Source: a candidate division FCPU426 bacterium (GTDB lineage: Bacteria > Oederibacteriota > Muellerivitia > Muellerivitales > Muellerivitaceae). Taken from it: a DNA stretch of 64,000 nt. The notes under the pieces are model-generated. The model was given only the letters and a program-made list of their open reading frames with translations. It searched no databases and was not told where the DNA came from. Where the stretch lies: assembly GCA_963771075.1 (NCBI GenBank), contig CAVYSE010000016.1:23582-87581 (forward strand), given 5' to 3'. Of the stretch, positions 58,242-64,000 are shown piece by piece (position 1 is the stretch's first letter; each line of letters begins with the position of its first letter). Position numbers and translations under genes: made by a program.

Positions 58242-60164
58242 ATGGATCCGATTCCGGCAGCCCATCGTTCGCCACCCCCTAGCAATGTTTTCAAAGCATT
58301 AGTTTCCAATCCATGGTTCTATGTGCTTCTTTCCGGATTCCTATTTCTTATCCTTTTAAGTACACGCCTTATTCAAGACTTGGATTTGGGTTACCATCTC
58401 AAAGGGGGTCAATGGATTCTTGAAAATCATTGTTTCCCTGCAAAAGACACATATACATATACCGTCCCCAAACGCGACTACATTGACAGTCAGTGGCTCT
58501 ATCAGATTCTAATTTATCTTTTGTTTCTTGTCGGAGGTTATTCATTACTTACAATTTTTAATATTATCATTCTTATATTGGTTTTTTTGTTGTTGTGGAT
58601 ACGCCTCCGATCAACAGGCGCACCTTTTTGGTTGGTTACACTTTTAATGGTATGGGCCATCTGGTCGTGCGAAGTCCGTTTTCAAGTCCGCCCGGATATT
58701 ATCAGTTGGATGTTTATTTGCGGACTACTTCTCGTTTTGGAAATGAGGGCCTCGCCCAAAAATACTCCGCTTTTTTTATTACCGATAATCCAAGTCCTCT
58801 GGGTAAACGTTGAGGGATTATTCATCCTTGGATTGGGATTAATGATTATTTTCTTGGTTTCGGATTATTTTAAGTTCCGAAAGCTTGTCTCCAAAACACT
58901 TTTATTTACTGGCTTGTCTTTTATGGCTTGTCTATTGAATCCTTATTTCTTCAATGGCGTGATTTTCCCCTTCAAACTTTGGAAGACGCTTCACTCTAAA
59001 ATTTTCCAACCTAACATTACTGAATTTATGTCTCCCTGGCTTCACAATGACTTTCTTACCATGCAAGACGCTCAATTATGGGGCTACAAGGTTTTTAGTA
59101 TTTTTCTATTCATCCTGTTAATTACGACTTTCAAAAAGCGAAGATTTCATGAGTTTGCTTTAGCGATTATATTCTTTTATCTTTCTTCAACCGCAGTCCG
59201 AAACGTTCCTCTTTTTATCCTTGCTTGTCTTCCAATATTTGCCGATTGTTGGAATGATATGGATTTTAATTGGTTGAGGAAATTCCAAGAAATATTTTTA
59301 GCCAGAAATATTGTCGCTTGGGGTCTTACACTTTTTCTTCTTTGTTTAAGCTTGAGGATTATCTCGAATGACTATTATTTATCCGATTATAGGTTAGAAC
59401 GCTTCGGCCTCGGCATTGATGGCGAAAACCAGCCTGATAAAGCCGTAAGTTTCCTGGTCCAAAACCACCTCAATGGCAGGATCTTGAATTCCTTGAATAC
59501 AGGTGGGTGGCTGGATTGGAAGGCTCCGCAAAAAATTTTTATTGATGGCCGTCTGGAAGTGATGGGGGAAGAACTATTCGCGGAATATATCAATTCCCAA
59601 AATCCAGTGAAGATAACGACATTGGCCGATAAATACTCGGCCGATATCATTTTCTTCAACATAAATGATTCTCTACAATGGATATTCGACCTCCAAAGCA
59701 ATGAAAATTGGCGGCCCGTTTATTTGGATGGAAATTCGGTGATTTATCTTAGGAAAAATTACGCACCGCAAATACCGATGTTAGATGATTCATATGTCGT
59801 TGCGGCAAACAATATACAGCCCCAGATTTTAAATCAATCCCTCGATTTAATAACGAACCCCAGACCATCCTCGTGGAATTGTTTTTGGAAAGGTTTTTAC
59901 GATCCCGTTGATTACCCAAGCGGAATCTTAAATATGGGCAAGTTTTTTTTCGCGAGTAACCACCCAAACACGGCGGAAGCATTTTTCCTGGAAGCGCTCA
60001 AACTCTCTCGGGGGAGATATTGGGATATTTATTGCAAACTAAGTTTTTTTTATTACCAATTCAAACGGTATGATATTTCGCGGCTTTGTGTAGATGAAGT
60101 CTTGAAAAATAACCCGAATAACAATGTTGCCCGCCAAATGCTTGAAAATATTCCAATAAAATAA
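58242..60164 (+). CDS. Multi-pass membrane protein, GT-C-like with C-terminal TPR
   Basis: DLGYHLKGG.WI, RP, LWVNVEG.F, LNPY, FIDGR motifs; TPR-like tail; AT-rich. Confidence 0.65.
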   Translation: MDPIPAAHRSPPPSNVFKALVSNPWFYVLLSGFLFLILLSTRLIQDLDLGYHLKGGQWILENHCFPAKDTYTYTVPKRDYIDSQWLYQILIYLLFLVGGYSLLTIFNIIILILVFLLLWIRLRSTGAPFWLVTLLMVWAIWSCEVRFQVRPDIISWMFICGLLLVLEMRASPKNTPLFLLPIIQVLWVNVEGLFILGLGLMIIFLVSDYFKFRKLVSKTLLFTGLSFMACLLNPYFFNGVIFPFKLWKTLHSKIFQPNITEFMSPWLHNDFLTMQDAQLWGYKVFSIFLFILLITTFKKRRFHEFALAIIFFYLSSTAVRNVPLFILACLPIFADCWNDMDFNWLRKFQEIFLARNIVAWGLTLFLLCLSLRIISNDYYLSDYRLERFGLGIDGENQPDKAVSFLVQNHLNGRILNSLNTGGWLDWKAPQKIFIDGRLEVMGEELFAEYINSQNPVKITTLADKYSADIIFFNINDSLQWIFDLQSNENWRPVYLDGNSVIYLRKNYAPQIPMLDDSYVVAANNIQPQILNQSLDLITNPRPSSWNCFWKGFYDPVDYPSGILNMGKFFFASNHPNTAEAFFLEALKLSRGRYWDIYCKLSFFYYQFKRYDISRLCVDEVLKNNPNNNVARQMLENIPIK

Positions 60165-60314
60165 CAAATCTTAAAACTCTAAATTATTTTAAGGCTACCA
60201 ACTTGGCTGTTTGGCAGATAGTTTCTTGTCCATCCGTTTCTTGTTTGCGGAGCACAGAGTAGAAAAATGGGCGAGATAATGCGCAGTTACTTCCCTTTCC
60301 AACTTCTTGGCGCT

Positions 60315-63300
60315 TCACCGGATAACAACGATCTTCCCTGTATAAATCCTGTGATTTTTAGTGTCATCCACCTGCAGGACATAGATATATAATCCACTGG
60401 CTACGGGTGCGTTTGCTTGATTTTGAATCTGCCAGGCCAAATCATTGACCCCCACTGATCCCTCAACTGTGGTTTGATAGACCATTTCGCCCACAAGATT
60501 ATAGAGCGCTAGGTGAATCTGGGCCGTTTGCCCCAAAGTCACCTTCAAGTCAACCGGTTCCCCATTCCTGGAAACATTCGGCGCTACCACGACCGATTGG
60601 GCCAATATCTCCGGTTTGATCGTGGGTGTGGGGGTGATAGTAGATGTGCATGTCGGGGTTGGCGTCATTGAGGGTGTGAAGACAGATTCAGCTTTCTTAA
60701 TTTTTGAGCCTTCAGAAGTTCCTGTTCCAGCCTGGCACGCAAATTCCAAAACACGAGCATAATTACCATCAGCGACATAAACCCCACCATTGATCCCTTG
60801 AAGCGCTAAAGGCTCATAAATATTATTGGCTTGTGGGGAACTCGGGTAGGTCCCGGTATTCATATTAGGTTGCCCAAGTACAACATCGGCCGGCGGATTA
60901 ACAGTGCCAACCGGAATACTGTTATAAATCAAGACTCTAGCAACATCCGAAACATAAAGCTGACAGTTGTTAGCGCAAACGGCATAGGGTACATCAAATG
61001 AAGTGGCTGAAAAACCTCCAGGCGAAGAAGTAAAGCTACTTGACCCAATTACTGCATCAGCCTGCGGATCACTGGTATTCAAGGTATCGATCCCAAGTCC
61101 GGCATTGTTATACACCAGCACCCGATCATTACCAGCATCAGTAACAAACAGGCTGCCGTTATAGACCCAAATACCTTTCGGGCTAGACAAAGTTTGGCTC
61201 GAGGGATTCCCCCCTTGATTCGACAAATATCCATTAAAGCTAGACTGACCTATTACTTCACTAGCAGATACGCCGTTTGTAGATGGCAAAGTATTATAGA
61301 TTAAAACCCTATTATTCATCGCGTCTGAAACAAATAATCGTTGGCCATCATAAAAAACACCGTAAGGATAATTATAATTACTACTTGTAGGGGTACATTG
61401 ACCCGGCGGACATGCAGAAGAATTATTTGTCGTCATAAGGGACTGGCCGACGACTATACTCGCCGTACCATTTACCTGAGGAAGATTATTTAGGCTGTTA
61501 TAAATAAGAACACGGTTATTACTACTGTCGGCCACAATAAGAATATTTCCGTCACTCCAAACACCGGTAGGTCCCCATAATGTATTTGAATTGAAAGCGC
61601 CGTTTTGGTTGGGGGAGGCAGTCGTGAAAGATGCTTGACCGATCACGGTAACCGCAGCTTGCCCATTACTAGCCGGTACCGGGCTATAGATAAGTACACG
61701 GTTATTGCCATTATCGGATACGATCTGAATATTTCCGACTTGAAATATACCAGCAGGTAAATTCAAGGTGCTAGCATTTACAGGATAGGTGGTTGAGGTA
61801 GTAAAAACTGTTTGTCCCAATACTAAATTGGCGGTTTGATCTGGGGTTAATTGGCAACCATTACATGTGGCGATCGGGCTGACAGTGAAAGTGGGTGTCA
61901 AGGTTTGCGTAGTTGTCACAGTTGGGGTAATTATTGGCGTCGCCGTTGGAACAGCCAAACTACAAGGGTCAAACCGGAGCACAAGGTCATCCCCATTAGA
62001 CACAAAAACACTCCCAGCAGTATCAAAACAAATCCCGAATGGGTAACCCTCATATTGATAAATATTGTTACCAAATTGGCAAATATAGTTTCCAAAGGTA
62101 TCAAATATTTCAGTACGTCGATTACCAATTGCATCACTTACATATATATATCCAGAGTTACCTACCGCCAGGAACCAGGGAGAAGAAAACTGTCCGTTTC
62201 CTGACCCGTTACTTCCCCACGTTAACCGGAAATTTCCGTTCTCGTCAAACTTTTGAACACGATAGTTGTCGGTATCCGCGATATAAACGTAACCACCACC
62301 AACTGCGATTCCATTGGGTGTATTAAATTGCCCATTAGCGCTACCATATCCGCCCCACTCAGTGACATAACCACCGATGGTAGTAAACTTTTGGACACGT
62401 GACGTTACCTCGGGAATTTCTGTGGTGAAAAGATATCCCGCGTTATCCACTGCCACGTCGTACAAACCGGCAAATTGGCCAGTGGAAATCCCACTCGTAC
62501 CCCATTGGGTAACGTAATTACCTGAAGCATCAAATTTTTGAATTCGACTATTACCGCCATCAGCTACGAAAACATATCCATAGTTATCAATCGCCAAACC
62601 AGTTGGATGGCTAAATTGTCCGTTTCCCGAGCCTGAGGATCCCCACTGGAACTGGTAATTGCCGTAAATATCAAAAACTTGCATGCGGTTATTCCCGGCA
62701 TCCGCTACATAAACATACCCATTTATCGGATTCCAAGCAATTCCTAGAGGGGTATTTAACTGTCCATTCCCACTGCCGAATGATCCCCAAGTGACCGCCG
62801 ATTGGTAACAACAATTAAACGTCGCTGTTGCCGTAGGGGTTAAGGTAAATGTAGGTGTTAGTGTAGCCGTTGGTATACAAGGGGGTTGAGGGACCGTTGT
62901 CAGGCAGGGCAGGAACCTTTGCACATTAAAGTTGCTCATGGTATCGGACACGTAAACCCGCCGGGTGGTATCCACCGCGATACCCATGGGCAGGATGAAC
63001 TGGCCCTCGCTATATCCCCAACTACCGCACACTTCGATTAAACCCCAAGGAGTCGTGGTGGGGTCAAAAACGATGTAATCCGGGCCGAAATCATCCGTCA
63101 CATAAACGTTCCCATCCGGACCCTGCGTCATCATCAGGGGGTCTTGATTGAGGCTGCAAAACAAGGAGTTGGAAACCACCGTCGTTGGGTTGCCAAAAGT
63201 CGGGATGCCGGACACATAAGTGATCGGGAACTGCAAGATTCGCTCGTTGCCCGTGTCCGTAACGCATAAATAAGTGACCCCATTCATGGACACGGCCATG

Positions 63301-64000
63301 GGACAGGTCGGCTCTTCAAAAGAATCAGTTCCAAATGTACTTAAAGTCGCCACCGGCTGATAGTTGTAGGAGCCCTGGTTTTGGAAAACTACTATTCGAC
63401 CATAGTCATCGTTATAACCACTATCCGCCACATAAACCAGACCTGTTGCGTCCAAACAAACCCCCTCGGGGCCGTTCAAAGTGGTGGCCCCGGTGTTTCC
63501 AAACGTCGTCTCAAGGTTGCCCGTAGGAAGTCCTCCACCACCCAATGCCACGCTCAGTTCCTGCACATCGTAATTCGTGTTGTCCACCACGAAAAGGTTA
63601 CCCTGGCCGTCTAGTGCCAGGCCATCCGGCCCGGCTAATGTACTATTGGTGAAATAAGTTCTTATGTTGGTATTGCTCGGAAACCCCGGCGCGTAGAAAA
63701 GGGCCACCGCGCCGTTTGGCAAGACGTTGGGGCTAGCGGCCACGTAGAGCCAATTGTTGGCCGCATCCAGGGCGAGGCCATAGGGGTTCGCGCTATATTG
63801 ATTGTCAAGGGTCGTATCCACCACGCAGCAACCCGGCGTGGGCGTCGGGGTAATGGTTGGGGTGAAACTTGAGGTAATGGTGAAGGTATTCGTTTGGGTC
63901 TTCGTATGGGTGGGTGTTCCCGTATTGGTTGGGGTATTCGTAAGGGTCGGGGTATGGGTTTCCGTGGCGGTCTGTGTAATCGTTCGGGTATAGGTCTGGG
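60315..64000 (-). CDS. Large secreted multi-NHL (three beta-propeller blocks) protein with Thr/Pro linkers and FlgD-Ig/T9SS-like C-terminus; 5' end lies outside the window
   Basis: The frame stays open to the window edge (QTYTRTITQT..); NHL repeats; LYNLVGEMVY..W..N..VASGLYIY..KIVVIR. Confidence 0.8.
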   Translation of the reverse strand, partial: QTYTRTITQTATETHTPTLTNTPTNTGTPTHTKTQTNTFTITSSFTPTITPTPTPGCCVVDTTLDNQYSANPYGLALDAANNWLYVAASPNVLPNGAVALFYAPGFPSNTNIRTYFTNSTLAGPDGLALDGQGNLFVVDNTNYDVQELSVALGGGGLPTGNLETTFGNTGATTLNGPEGVCLDATGLVYVADSGYNDDYGRIVVFQNQGSYNYQPVATLSTFGTDSFEEPTCPMAVSMNGVTYLCVTDTGNERILQFPITYVSGIPTFGNPTTVVSNSLFCSLNQDPLMMTQGPDGNVYVTDDFGPDYIVFDPTTTPWGLIEVCGSWGYSEGQFILPMGIAVDTTRRVYVSDTMSNFNVQRFLPCLTTVPQPPCIPTATLTPTFTLTPTATATFNCCYQSAVTWGSFGSGNGQLNTPLGIAWNPINGYVYVADAGNNRMQVFDIYGNYQFQWGSSGSGNGQFSHPTGLAIDNYGYVFVADGGNSRIQKFDASGNYVTQWGTSGISTGQFAGLYDVAVDNAGYLFTTEIPEVTSRVQKFTTIGGYVTEWGGYGSANGQFNTPNGIAVGGGYVYIADTDNYRVQKFDENGNFRLTWGSNGSGNGQFSSPWFLAVGNSGYIYVSDAIGNRRTEIFDTFGNYICQFGNNIYQYEGYPFGICFDTAGSVFVSNGDDLVLRFDPCSLAVPTATPIITPTVTTTQTLTPTFTVSPIATCNGCQLTPDQTANLVLGQTVFTTSTTYPVNASTLNLPAGIFQVGNIQIVSDNGNNRVLIYSPVPASNGQAAVTVIGQASFTTASPNQNGAFNSNTLWGPTGVWSDGNILIVADSSNNRVLIYNSLNNLPQVNGTASIVVGQSLMTTNNSSACPPGQCTPTSSNYNYPYGVFYDGQRLFVSDAMNNRVLIYNTLPSTNGVSASEVIGQSSFNGYLSNQGGNPSSQTLSSPKGIWVYNGSLFVTDAGNDRVLVYNNAGLGIDTLNTSDPQADAVIGSSSFTSSPGGFSATSFDVPYAVCANNCQLYVSDVARVLIYNSIPVGTVNPPADVVLGQPNMNTGTYPSSPQANNIYEPLALQGINGGVYVADGNYARVLEFACQAGTGTSEGSKIKKAESVFTPSMTPTPTCTSTITPTPTIKPEILAQSVVVAPNVSRNGEPVDLKVTLGQTAQIHLALYNLVGEMVYQTTVEGSVGVNDLAWQIQNQANAPVASGLYIYVLQVDDTKNHRIYTGKIVVIR

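Overview
Bacterial chromosomal window from a probably diderm organism (it carries a GT9 LPS-type glycosyltransferase). The Thr/Pro-linker surface proteins with FlgD-Ig/T9SS-like C-termini are reminiscent of candidate lineages such as FCPU426 or Goldbacteria; this is a low-confidence inference. The most striking element is a tightly packed minus-strand cluster (about 3.5-14.8 kb). It places a dedicated type II PKS/FAS module (ketosynthase, Cys-less chain-length-factor-like KS, ACP, FabZ, FabG, Sfp-type PPTase, no enoyl reductase) directly upstream of a Ralstonia PhcB-like SAM methyltransferase, a CrtI/retinol-saturase-like FAD oxidoreductase, a PhcS-like double-kinase sensor and a PhcR-like regulator. 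This is a candidate Phc-type quorum-sensing circuit that builds its own fatty-acyl or polyene methyl-ester signal. It is preceded by a degenerate NtrC-like regulator, a kinase and a frameshifted REC-HTH gene. The rest of the window holds cell-envelope glycosylation genes (UDP-GlcA decarboxylase, two B12-radical SAM enzymes, GT2/GT4/GT9, a flippase-like protein, four YfhO-type and one other GT-C-like membrane proteins), three giant Thr-rich secreted proteins and a Thr-rich lipoprotein. It also holds lemA-htpX, dksA, a DapF with Ser in place of both catalytic Cys, ilvD, and a DUF4912-GH57-ROK locus riddled with single-base indels (probably assembly errors). No rRNA, tRNA, CRISPR array or transposase was recognised. 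All family assignments come from motif recognition, not database searches.
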